Origin: Methanoregula sp.
Lineage (GTDB): Archaea; Halobacteriota; Methanomicrobia; Methanomicrobiales; Methanospirillaceae
Direction: 5' to 3'
Length of the DNA: 64,000 nt
Assembly: GCA_026625165.1 (NCBI GenBank)
Contig: CP112999.1
Location: 1,639,288-1,703,287, forward strand
Part shown: positions 18,400 through 27,463 of the stretch, piece after piece
Numbering within the stretch: the first letter of the stretch is position 1
Layout: every line of letters starts with the position of its first letter
Translations under genes and position numbers: made by a program
Notes under the pieces: model-generated
Told to the model about the DNA's origin: nothing
Databases searched by the model: none
What the model saw: only the letters and a program-made list of their open reading frames with translations

Positions 18400-19329
18400 T
18401 TATGTCTCCGGGGTCATGGAGTCGATCATAATCACAAACATCATCGTGCCAAACGGGATCATCAGGTAAATGACTGCATATAGCATCAGCGGGGTCTTTT
18501 CTCCACCGAGCACCGACATGATCGACTGGAGGATGATCAAAAACAGCATGCCGGCAACAATTGCCGTCACATAGGATTCTGCAATCAGCCCAAGCGTGTC
18601 CAGAAACTGTTTCTGGGACTGGCGGTTCTCAAGTGCGTACTGTTTTGCCTTTGTCCGGAAATACTCGGTGAGGTTTCCGCCCGATGAGATGCTCGCCATT
18701 GCTCCCTGAAGGAACTCTTTCATCCGCGGGCTTGGGGTGCTTGCGGATACAAGACGCAGGGCGTCAATAAGATCCCTCCCGAATATATCAATCTCCCGGG
18801 CTATATACCGGGCTTCTACGGCACTCTCGCCATAGATAGGGCTGTCCCCAAGCAACCTGAAAACTTCTGCCGGGGTGATACCGGCTGTGGACATAGAGGT
18901 AATATAATTGATCGCATACGGGATGCTTGAATCTATGCTTCTTCTTCGGTTCCCTGCGGTAATATTCGGGTAGATCAGGAAAGCGATATAGGTAAAACCC
19001 CCGAAAAAGGCGAGCGAAAATATGACGGCAAAAAGGGTTCCAAGGATAAGGCTGTATGCTGAAAGTCCAAAAATAACATCTGGGACCTGTCCCTTGTACA
19101 TTTTGGCGATTAATGTTGGGAGGTCAAGCAGGTACGTCACTGAACCGAGCACCACCGCCATGCCGATTCCCACGATAAAGGAACTCACCAGTGCAGTGGA
19201 TAGGTAGACTTCGAACGGTGTTTTGGAACGGGAGGACAAGAGATCGTTTCTCAGGCTCGCGTACTGTTCCCGCTGTGCCTTCATCCTTTTGCCTAACAGG
19301 TTAAAGCAGAACCGCTCGTAACTATTCAT
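18400..19329 (-). CDS. Type II secretion system F (TadB/FlaJ-like) membrane platform protein, first half-gene
   Basis: 309 aa, polytopic, with a T2SSF-like domain (GITPAEVFRLLGDS...LIDALRLV). It overlaps the ATPase gene by 8 nt. Confidence 0.75.
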   Translation of the reverse strand: MNSYERFCFNLLGKRMKAQREQYASLRNDLLSSRSKTPFEVYLSTALVSSFIVGIGMAVVLGSVTYLLDLPTLIAKMYKGQVPDVIFGLSAYSLILGTLFAVIFSLAFFGGFTYIAFLIYPNITAGNRRRSIDSSIPYAINYITSMSTAGITPAEVFRLLGDSPIYGESAVEARYIAREIDIFGRDLIDALRLVSASTPSPRMKEFLQGAMASISSGGNLTEYFRTKAKQYALENRQSQKQFLDTLGLIAESYVTAIVAGMLFLIILQSIMSVLGGEKTPLMLYAVIYLMIPFGTMMFVIMIDSMTPET

Positions 19330-21730
19330 AGAGGTCTTTCCTCACCTTTTCAATGACCGCTTCCGGATCCCGGTGGTACGAGATCAGGATCTTTGCCACG
19401 TCCTTGTAGTGCCGGATTTTCTTGATCCGCATCCATTCCAGTACTTCCTGCCTCCGTTTGAGCTCCTCACGCATCCGGTTTTCGCTCCAGCCTTTCGCCT
19501 CCATGATCTCTTCGAGGAGGTAGGATTTTCCTGAATAGTTGATCTCATCAGTAGCCGACCGCCATTTGAAGACCTCGTTCGTGATCAGTTCGTTCGTCCT
19601 CGGATCGATATCAAGAATTTCGACGATCTGCTTATTCCTCCTTATCCGTTTGCCGCCGACCCGCGCCTGCACCTGGATACAGATGAAATCAAGGGCGGAC
19701 AACATGTTCCTCGGGACGTCCATCGGCGGGTTTTCGAAACGGTGCACAACACTTGAAACCGAGTCCGCATGCGTGGTAGAATAGGTAGTATGGCCGGTAC
19801 TCATCGCCTGGAAGAGTGTCTGGCATTCCTTGCCACGAACCTCACCCACGATGATGTATTCAGGACGCTGTCGCATTGCTGCTCGCAGGAGTTCGTACAT
19901 GTTGATCTCCCCCCGTCCCGCCGCATCGAATGAGTCCCGTGTGACGCTTGGTATCCAGTTGGGATGGGGGAGTTTGATTTCACGGGTATCTTCCAGCGAA
20001 ACGATTTTCGCCATCGGGGGGATGAAGAGTGCGATAGCATTGAGCGATGTGGTCTTCCCTGATGCGGTTCCACCCGCAAAGATGGCAGACTTCCCGTGTT
20101 CAACACAGAGCCATATATATGCAATCGACAGCGGGGCAAATGTATGCCATTCAATGAGATCGGTGGGCGTGATAGGTTCATCCTTGAACTTACGGATAGT
20201 GAACGTCGAGCCATGAGCGGTGACTTCCTGCCCCAAGGTCATCTGGATACGGGAACCGTCGCTCATTGTTGCATCAAGGATCGGTTCCGCAATAGAGATG
20301 TATTTTCCTGCCCGCTGTGCGAGTTTTGTAACAAATGAGTCCAGTTCCTCAGCATTATGGTATGAGAGGGTTGTTTTCATCGATTCGTAGCTGGCATGGT
20401 ATGCAAAGATCACGCTGTTCACACCGTCGCACGAAATATCTTCGATATATTTGTCGTGCATGATCGCATCGATCAGCCCGTCGCCGATAAAATCCTTGGA
20501 CATGTTATAGAAAATTTTTTCGCGCTGTATCGGGGATAGCTTGAGCCCGTAATCATGTATGATATCGTCGGTGACGGCACGAAGACGGTTCCGGGCGTCA
20601 TCTTTGGAAATATCCTTGGTATTGATATCAAGGGTTTCAAACAGACGTTCCTTGAGCTCTTTTAACAGGTCTTTTTCAGGTTCGGTAAGAAGCGGTTCGA
20701 GCACCATGTAGGTATATTCATGGGTGGCATGGTCATAGATAATCCGGACATACGCATAGGGTTCGTTAACAGGGTAGACCTCAATCTCCTCTAATCCGGG
20801 TTTCGGCTGGAACGCAAGATCAACCAGAGGACCATGAATCTTGGCATTATACTGCTCCTGGTCTGATTTAATGCCTTTAAAAAGGCTCGAGAGACCGAAC
20901 TTTTTAAAAGGAGTGATCCCTGATGGTTTTTCCGAGATGACATCCCCTTCAAAATCGATATCCTTAAAGCCCGAACTTGAGAATTCACGCTGCCAGATCT
21001 CGTTGATCTCGGGGGGGAGTGATCCGGTGCCTTTGCCTTCAAAGACATTGACACGCCCGTGGAGTTTGAGTTCTTCGATCTTGAACGTAGCTCCTTTGGG
21101 GAGGATCAGCCCTGACAGATCTGAAATCTGGTCAACCGATATGATCTTTTCATCGCTTTCAGTCTTTGGTGCGGTGCCCATGGCTCCGGCCACTTTTCCT
21201 GCCGGGGGAGTGGTATCGGGTTGAGCCCGGGGGGGCTGAAGGATTTTTTCAGGCTCATCAAAAATGTCGAATTCTACAGGAGGGGGAGAGGGGGAAGGCT
21301 TTTCACCGGGAACAGGCTCCGGTGAACCAATTTCTGCCATGATCTTTCCCATAGAATCGCGAACATCCTGTACACTCAATTCCTTGACGCTTCCGGTAGT
21401 ACTATTACCTTTAGTGCCATCCTTTGAAAGGGGAACAGTATCAGGAGCGGCCTCCGGTGACATGGGTTGTGAGGTACTCTGAAGGTGGGATTCTGTGCCA
21501 AGGGGGACTTTCTCCGGAGAGTGAGTTGTCGCTGACTGCAGGTCCTGTTGTCTTGACTCGTTTATCTTTTTGATAAGGTCGCTCAAGTCGCCGGTACCTG
21601 AACCAGCAGTCTCTTGTGCAAACCCGGCAGGTTTTTCCTGTTCAGCCTTCTTTTCTGGTTCCTTTGGCTTTTTTAAAGCGCCAAGGATCTTCATCAGCGA
21701 TGAGTCCTCTGGTTCTTCCTGATCTGTCAT
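19322..21730 (-). CDS. Type II/IV secretion system ATPase (archaeal FlaI/PilB/TadA-like) with a ~300-aa low-complexity N-terminal extension
   Basis: 802 aa. The FlaI-type N-domain begins near EIEVYPVNEPYAYVRIIY. Walker A (GGTASGKTT) is at 20048-20074, and the Asp/His boxes are EVRGKE and STGHTTYSTTHA. Residues 1-310 are rich in P/E/K/S/T. Confidence 0.85.
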   Translation of the reverse strand: MTDQEEPEDSSLMKILGALKKPKEPEKKAEQEKPAGFAQETAGSGTGDLSDLIKKINESRQQDLQSATTHSPEKVPLGTESHLQSTSQPMSPEAAPDTVPLSKDGTKGNSTTGSVKELSVQDVRDSMGKIMAEIGSPEPVPGEKPSPSPPPVEFDIFDEPEKILQPPRAQPDTTPPAGKVAGAMGTAPKTESDEKIISVDQISDLSGLILPKGATFKIEELKLHGRVNVFEGKGTGSLPPEINEIWQREFSSSGFKDIDFEGDVISEKPSGITPFKKFGLSSLFKGIKSDQEQYNAKIHGPLVDLAFQPKPGLEEIEVYPVNEPYAYVRIIYDHATHEYTYMVLEPLLTEPEKDLLKELKERLFETLDINTKDISKDDARNRLRAVTDDIIHDYGLKLSPIQREKIFYNMSKDFIGDGLIDAIMHDKYIEDISCDGVNSVIFAYHASYESMKTTLSYHNAEELDSFVTKLAQRAGKYISIAEPILDATMSDGSRIQMTLGQEVTAHGSTFTIRKFKDEPITPTDLIEWHTFAPLSIAYIWLCVEHGKSAIFAGGTASGKTTSLNAIALFIPPMAKIVSLEDTREIKLPHPNWIPSVTRDSFDAAGRGEINMYELLRAAMRQRPEYIIVGEVRGKECQTLFQAMSTGHTTYSTTHADSVSSVVHRFENPPMDVPRNMLSALDFICIQVQARVGGKRIRRNKQIVEILDIDPRTNELITNEVFKWRSATDEINYSGKSYLLEEIMEAKGWSENRMREELKRRQEVLEWMRIKKIRHYKDVAKILISYHRDPEAVIEKVRKDLYE

Positions 21731-21908
21731 ACTTTATTCCCCCCGTTAATCGCAACTGGTAATGAATAATCTGCCTAATTGATAAATCTCCATTTTAGTA
21801 TATCTATTCTCTGGAAGTAACCGGATTTTTGTTTTTTGCATATTCTTTTGATAAAAAAATATTCATCAAGCATCATGTCTTTTGGATGCATAACCTTAAA
21901 GCCAGAAT

Positions 21909-22610
21909 TCAGGCTACTCCCCCAAGATCCGACTGGAGATTTTTTATCGCCACCCGGACCAGCCCTAGCTGAGCGTCGTTATGGGTAAACACACATAAAA
22001 ACAGGTCACCACATGGCGCAATGATGATCTTGTTTGTGGCAGTCTCAAGGATAAGCTGGTCAAGCTCGCCCATATCCATCTCCCTGGTGATCTTGAACCC
22101 TGCACGCAGCAGGTCTTCTGCGAGTGCAGCAACATGCTCGAAATCTGCTTCTCCCAGCGACTGGACTGAAAAACCCTCAAAAAACGCTGATATGGCGATA
22201 ACCCCGGGAAGGGTCAGCATCTTTTTGAGTTTTGTTTCGTCAAGTAGATGCGGGAGGTGCGCCACCGGTTCTTTTTTTTGTATTCCAAGCATCAGTCCTT
22301 CGTTGTCGCATACTTCAACCGCTTTCTGGAATTCGTCTTCACTATACAAGCGGAGCTTGAATGTCTGATGATATCCTGCCTCATCGGATTGGACGGAACC
22401 CATGTGGTCGAGGGCTGATTTTCCCTTAAACGAACCACTCATATCCTTAAAATATGCAGCAATCAGGGTACCGTGATTGGTGAGCAGGAAGCCCTGCCCC
22501 AGCTGCGTATCGATCTCAACTGCTCCCCTGAATCCCATCAGCTGCTGGTTTGCTTCCTCACCCTGCGGGTCTGTAATAACCCCGCCATCGGTCCCTGCTG
22601 GAAGTTTCAT
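21909..22610 (-). CDS. Fusion protein: PATAN/DUF4388-like N-terminal module plus Roadblock/LC7-like C-terminal domain
   Basis: 233 aa. The N-terminus (GFRGAVEIDTQLGQGFLLTNHGTLIAAYF...GKSALDHM) parallels the two paralogues at 23187 and 26635. The C-terminus (LPGVIAISAFFEGFSV...IIIAPCGDLFLCVFT...LGLVRV) has a Roadblock pattern. Confidence 0.55.
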   Translation of the reverse strand: MKLPAGTDGGVITDPQGEEANQQLMGFRGAVEIDTQLGQGFLLTNHGTLIAAYFKDMSGSFKGKSALDHMGSVQSDEAGYHQTFKLRLYSEDEFQKAVEVCDNEGLMLGIQKKEPVAHLPHLLDETKLKKMLTLPGVIAISAFFEGFSVQSLGEADFEHVAALAEDLLRAGFKITREMDMGELDQLILETATNKIIIAPCGDLFLCVFTHNDAQLGLVRVAIKNLQSDLGGVA

Positions 22611-22612
22611 GA

Positions 22613-22960
22613 TTATAGGGCAGCGATAATCCGTTCCTTATTTTTCTTTAATTCGTACCGGATCCTGCCAATATTGGAGGAGCTGTCAGCAACTATCGCA
22701 ATCAGTTCATCTGCGGAGAGTGGTGAAAGGATGATTGGACCTTTTTCCAGCTCAACGAGCATCTGGGATAGTTCTCCTTTCCCAAGCGTTGTGCCCATTG
22801 CTTCCGATGTGCCAAGACCCGTCGATGCCATGGCGCCAAGTGCTTCTATATCGACCTTTCCCGAGACCGCACTCTCAATAACAAACCCATCCCTTCCAAC
22901 AACCACTGCTGCTGATACTCCTTCAACTTTCAAAAATTCCTCGAGTAACGGCTTTAACAT
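22613..22960 (-). CDS. Roadblock/LC7 (MglB-like) domain protein
   Basis: 115 aa with VEGVSAAVVVGRDGFVIES...GPIILSPLSADELIAIVADSSSNIGRIRYEL, the canonical Roadblock pattern. A 2-nt gap separates it from the next gene. Confidence 0.8.
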   Translation of the reverse strand: MLKPLLEEFLKVEGVSAAVVVGRDGFVIESAVSGKVDIEALGAMASTGLGTSEAMGTTLGKGELSQMLVELEKGPIILSPLSADELIAIVADSSSNIGRIRYELKKNKERIIAAL

Positions 22961-23186
22961 CGTATCACCACTGATAATTGAATTGTTCTCGTCTTGTTCT
23001 ATTAATACTTTAGGCTAAACGATGAAATGCAGGATTTATTTTAAAAAAAGAAGGAAAATCTGCACGGTTTTCCTGGTTTCAATAAATTGGCTGCTAATTA
23101 GGTCTCTTTAAAAAAAGATTTTTTCCGGCATTTTTTAAAAAAAACTCATAAGATTTAAACCCAAAAACGATGACAATAGAGTGACT

Positions 23187-23822
23187 ATGCAGCTCCCACG
23201 CGGAAAATTCCGCTCAATAAAAAAAGAAGTCCCTTTGGGAGAGATCCTTAATGAGATGGCAACATCAGGTTTTTCCGGCATCTGTTCGTTTTCATCAAAC
23301 ACGGTCAATGGCACTATGGTATTCAAAGGAGGGGCAATAATCCTTGCAAAAGTCCAGGAGCAGTATGGTGACCCTGCGATCGATGAGGCTCGGTCGATTG
23401 TGGATCAGGTGATTGATGCAGTGCTTTCCGATCTCGATGGTACACAGATGCAGCTGGCACTTGATTTCAATAAACATGCCTATGTGCGGAAGGGAGGGTG
23501 GCAGGGAGCCATTCAAAAACCTGAACCGGAAAGCAGGACGGTGCCAAAAGAAAAGAATTTCATGAAGACCCTGCCCGTAGCACCGCCCGGTGCACCAGTG
23601 CCTGCAAAACCTGGTAAAAATCTGACAACAGGTAATTCATCGGATGCCCAAAAACAAATCCGGGAGGAACAGGGCACGTCGCAAGAACCTCCGCTCACAT
23701 CAGCGGAGAAGGAGTTCGAAACCTTCGACTCCATGGACATCGAGGACGTTACACAAAAAATCCGAAGGGATTCTAAAGTTATTCTTAAACAGCTCGAGCT
23801 CGACCACCTGATGGAAAAATAA
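23187..23822 (+). CDS. PATAN/DUF4388-like domain protein with a disordered Pro/charged C-terminus
   Basis: The N-terminus (LGEILNEMATSGFSGICSFSSNTVNGTMVFKGGAIILAKVQ..YGDPAIDE) fits the DUF4388-type pattern. The C-terminal ~100 aa are low complexity. Confidence 0.5.
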   Translation: MQLPRGKFRSIKKEVPLGEILNEMATSGFSGICSFSSNTVNGTMVFKGGAIILAKVQEQYGDPAIDEARSIVDQVIDAVLSDLDGTQMQLALDFNKHAYVRKGGWQGAIQKPEPESRTVPKEKNFMKTLPVAPPGAPVPAKPGKNLTTGNSSDAQKQIREEQGTSQEPPLTSAEKEFETFDSMDIEDVTQKIRRDSKVILKQLELDHLMEK

Positions 23823-24012
23823 AACCTTGTGAGGGATTTTTATCGAATTCAACATTCTCGAGATTACCGATATCATCACCATAATCATTGTCTGTATCAT
23901 CATCGCGCTTACCATACTCATTGCATGGTTCCAGATAAAAAAATTCAAAAAACAGCGTGAACAGGTTATTGAAGCGCCTCCTGCAGACGAGATCTTTAAA
24001 CTTGTATCAAAA

Positions 24013-24435
24013 GTGAAATATCCCGCAAGTGATACGGCAAAATTCAGTCAGGCACCGGAAAATCCGGTAAAACCCGTGCTCCAGGAACCTGAAAAAAACC
24101 GGAAAAAAATCGAACTTTTAAAAAACCGCGTTAATATCACAGACAGCCTGCGGGCACTTGCTGAAAAATATTCGATTCTTGAAATTACTCTTGCTTCTGA
24201 TGACGGACTTGTCATTGCATCTTCCACTGACCGCGATGTTCAGGCAGATGCCGCACGATACAGCCAAATCGTCAAACACCAGGAAGCAACCGGTGAGTCC
24301 GGGGTCAGCCTGTTTGAACTCTATCACAAGAAGGCGCATATAATCGGGATCATCCGAGAGGAACAGGATCTGCCTCAAACCTGGAAAAAAGAAATACGGG
24401 AAGATACAAAAGGTATTTTACAGTGGTGGTTATAA
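24013..24435 (+). CDS. Roadblock/LC7-like protein; the true start is possibly upstream, adding a transmembrane anchor
   Basis: The core ILEITLASDDGLVIASSTDRDVQADAARYSQI resembles Roadblock. The track start is a GTG. Sixty upstream in-frame codons are open and encode a hydrophobic helix (see findings). Confidence 0.45.
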   Translation: MKYPASDTAKFSQAPENPVKPVLQEPEKNRKKIELLKNRVNITDSLRALAEKYSILEITLASDDGLVIASSTDRDVQADAARYSQIVKHQEATGESGVSLFELYHKKAHIIGIIREEQDLPQTWKKEIREDTKGILQWWL

Positions 24436-24509
24436 CTGAATTATGAAGATAAATTGGATAATCTTATATAAATCTGGCATAAAATCACACATAATCATAC
24501 AGGTGCTGA

Positions 24510-25295
24510 ATGGTCAAGGTATACACAATTGCATCCGGTAAAGGAGGTACTGGGAAGACAACTGTTTCAGTCAATCTTGGAACGATACTCTCGCAACTCG
24601 GGAAAGAGACGTTCCTGATGGACGCGGACATCGGGATGGCAAATGTCGGCCTGATCCTTGGCCTCCAGGATGCACCGGTTACCCTCCATGAGATACTTGC
24701 CGGCAAGGGCACGTTGAACGAAGCGATTTATGAAGGGCCTGCAGGACTGAAAGTTATCCCGAGCGGGCTCTCATTGCAGGGGTTCCAGCAGGCAGATCCC
24801 GAACGGATCCGGGATGTGATGGCAGATATTATCAAACGGTGTGAGTTTTTAATCATCGATGCTCCTGCCGGCATCAGTAAGGATGGTGTGGTCCCCCTTG
24901 CTGTTGCTGATGAAGTCATCCTTGTCGTGAACCCAGAACTCTCATCAATTGTCGACGCCCTCAAGACCAAGATTCTCACCGAAGTCGTCGGGGGGCAGGT
25001 GCTCGGGTCCATCATCAACCGGGTTGACCAGGACAAGATCGATGTCATCACCAAGAAGATGGAGAAAGTCCTTGGCGTAAAAGTGATCGGGATTATTCCC
25101 GAAGACTCCAATGTGCGCAGGGCGTCAGCGGCAAAGACACCCATCGTCCTCAAATTTCCTACCTCCCCTGCGAGCCTCGCATTCAAGCGGATCGCTTCGG
25201 AACTAATCGGGGTCGCATACAAGGAAGAAAAAAGCGCCATTCCGAGGGAAGGGTTTATCGACCGGTTTTCAAAAGCCCTGTTTAAGAGAAAATAG
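24510..25295 (+). CDS. minD: MinD/ParA-family P-loop ATPase
   Basis: 261 aa with a deviant Walker A (ASGKGGTGKTT), switch regions (DADIGMAN, IIDAPAG) and a Shine-Dalgarno-like aggtg 5 nt upstream. Confidence 0.85.
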   Translation: MVKVYTIASGKGGTGKTTVSVNLGTILSQLGKETFLMDADIGMANVGLILGLQDAPVTLHEILAGKGTLNEAIYEGPAGLKVIPSGLSLQGFQQADPERIRDVMADIIKRCEFLIIDAPAGISKDGVVPLAVADEVILVVNPELSSIVDALKTKILTEVVGGQVLGSIINRVDQDKIDVITKKMEKVLGVKVIGIIPEDSNVRRASAAKTPIVLKFPTSPASLAFKRIASELIGVAYKEEKSAIPREGFIDRFSKALFKRK

Positions 25296-25413
25296 ATACC
25301 AGTATTATTTTTTATTGATTTTCACGGATAGAGGTTCTTTTTATTATCTGACAATATTGTAATTTCCAATCTATTTTGAAAAAATAAGGGGCTCTAAAAA
25401 TTTTTAATAGAGA

Positions 25414-26541
25414 TTATTGGGGATTTTCGGGTTTATTGGTGATGGTAAAAACACAGTGTTCATCGCCTTTGGACCGGCACTTTATCTCCCGCGCCTGAAC
25501 TTTTATACCGAACGAACCTTCGATGATGCCCGCAAGAAGCCCGGCTGTACAGAAGCAGACATTTTTGCCGATACTGCCAAACGCTTCGGACTCAACCGTA
25601 TGCGAAAGCGTCATCGTTTTGGTTTTTGCCGCTTCATTCCATTCCGTTTTGATGATACTGAACCACCCCATCTGGGAGTAGAAGGCAAATGCCATGTCGG
25701 AGAGGATATTGGGTTTATCGATTCCCATCTTCTTGTAGTGCCCAACGTTTTCCTTACCCATATCCATATATGCACGGTAGTTGACCCCACCCGCCGGCAT
25801 CTCACCCATCGTCTTTTTTAACGAGTTCATCATGGATGTGAAGATGAAGCGTGGCATCATGACGACAGGGTCATCAATCAGCTTGATTTTGCCTTCAAGG
25901 GGTTTGTGCTCGATATATTCTGTTATGGCGGAGTCGCCTTTCACGATTGCCTGCGCCTTGAACTTCCAGCTGGATTCGACCTGATCGGCAACAAACTCAC
26001 ACGCATCGTCGCCTTGTGCGTGGCATTTGGTCTCAAGACAGAACCAGTTTTTGCCGGTAACTGCACTCAGGACCCCCTCAATCCAGCCCCGGTGAAGGCC
26101 ACATACCGGCATGTTCCAGTCTTTCATGACCTGTGATTCAAAGGTCTGTTTTGTGCGTAGTTTGATCCGTTTGTCACTTTGCTCAACAAGTTCAAACGGG
26201 GCACCCCATCCCTGCTGGTGCTGGAGCTTGAACACGAGTATCAGAAATTCAGCCGGTTTGAGATCCATGCCAAGTTTTTTTAGCAGATTGTCGAGTCCGA
26301 CAGATCCCATGCCAACAGACCTGAAGAGCTTTCGGACTGCCTGAACTGCAAGTTTTCTGCCGAGGTTGGCTTCATACATTTCATAGATTGCCTTAACAAG
26401 ATAATTCGGGTTGCTTGCTGTTTTAACACCAAAAACAGAATATGAACCGGTGACAGGATTCAACTCGATGTATGGTGTGATGTCTTTTTCACCTTTAAGA
26501 AGGGCTTCAAAATCCTCACGCCCGATCTTCTTTTTTTCCAT
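25414..26541 (-). CDS. Double V4R-domain protein
   Basis: 375 aa with two V4R-type Cys signatures: PVCGLHRGWIEGVL...ETKCHAQGDDACEFV and CFCTAGLLAGIIEG...EIKCRSKGDEHCVFTI. Confidence 0.7.
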   Translation of the reverse strand: MEKKKIGREDFEALLKGEKDITPYIELNPVTGSYSVFGVKTASNPNYLVKAIYEMYEANLGRKLAVQAVRKLFRSVGMGSVGLDNLLKKLGMDLKPAEFLILVFKLQHQQGWGAPFELVEQSDKRIKLRTKQTFESQVMKDWNMPVCGLHRGWIEGVLSAVTGKNWFCLETKCHAQGDDACEFVADQVESSWKFKAQAIVKGDSAITEYIEHKPLEGKIKLIDDPVVMMPRFIFTSMMNSLKKTMGEMPAGGVNYRAYMDMGKENVGHYKKMGIDKPNILSDMAFAFYSQMGWFSIIKTEWNEAAKTKTMTLSHTVESEAFGSIGKNVCFCTAGLLAGIIEGSFGIKVQAREIKCRSKGDEHCVFTITNKPENPQ

Positions 26542-26634
26542 GGTGCATAGCTCTGCAGTCCAGTTACTAAAGGATTTCGTCTTGAAATTTTAAAAAAAAT
26601 AAGGGAGAAGAATTAGAATCGGAAGATTAAAAAA

Positions 26635-27246
26635 TCACATCGTAAGCGGGACGGATGCATGGGATGCGTCAAACTCAATCCGGTATTTTGTGACCATCTG
26701 GGCTTTGTCCTGTACGATGCAGTCATAGATCCCAAATGCGATCCTGAACCTTACGGTACCATCACTTGTCGTGATATCGCTTCCCAGAATCCTACCGTCC
26801 TTTCTTATCGAGACGCGGATCCCATTCTGCGGGACACCTTCTTTCTTCACCGTGATCGAGAGTACCCCGATACCACCTGCGGGCCCCCCGATTTCAGGTA
26901 TATTGTACGAAATGCTCTTTTTCAACCGGTTTTTATCGAAGATTCTGCTCCCCATGACAAGTTCTTCGACAACATCCGGCCTGTTTTCTGTAAGTACGAA
27001 TTTTTCCTTTGGCTGTACCATCAGCACTGCCTTGTCCCCGAACAGCACCCCTTTCTCATCGGTGTAGATCGCTCCCTCAGCTTCGCCTGCAATGAACGCG
27101 AGGTACATGTCCCGTCCATTACCCTTTGCAACTGCGATGCCATTGATGCTGCGTGCTGATGCATACTGCATCAATTCCAGCAGGTCAAATGTCCCGAGAT
27201 ATTGCGATCCTTTCAGGATGTTTTCCAGCAATTCCTGAATTTTCAT
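26635..27246 (-). CDS. PATAN/DUF4388-like N-terminal module plus a C-terminal beta-sandwich (carboxypeptidase-regulatory-like) domain
   Basis: The N-terminus (GTFDLLELMQYASARSINGIAVAKGNGRDMYLAFIAGEAEGAIY..GVLFGDKAV) fits the DUF4388-type pattern. The C-terminus (GVLSITVKKEGVPQNGIRVSIRKDGRILGSDITTSDGTVRFRI) looks like a beta-sandwich. Confidence 0.5.
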   Translation of the reverse strand: MKIQELLENILKGSQYLGTFDLLELMQYASARSINGIAVAKGNGRDMYLAFIAGEAEGAIYTDEKGVLFGDKAVLMVQPKEKFVLTENRPDVVEELVMGSRIFDKNRLKKSISYNIPEIGGPAGGIGVLSITVKKEGVPQNGIRVSIRKDGRILGSDITTSDGTVRFRIAFGIYDCIVQDKAQMVTKYRIEFDASHASVPLTM

Positions 27247-27463
27247 GGGAAGCCTTCACACTTTACCTGAACCGAACCGGGGAAAATAACCGGTTTGTGT
27301 TTACGGAATATACGACACTTGCATCATATTAATTTGTGGATTCCTTTTTTTATTATACCAGCAAAAACCCATAATTTACGACAATGCGTTGGATTAGCAG
27401 AAAAAATCATGGAATGCATCGCCAACCATAAGTGTTACCGGAAGAAAATGATTGAACACAGGT

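Noticed and set aside
23829-23960. A His-rich reading frame (VRDFYRIQHSRDYRYHHHNHCLYHHRAYHTHC...) in the spacer after the 23187-23822 gene.
   Set aside because: It is the shifted frame of an AT/C-rich hydrophobic-coding stretch. The frame encoding a clean transmembrane helix and continuing into the Roadblock-like ORF is more plausible.
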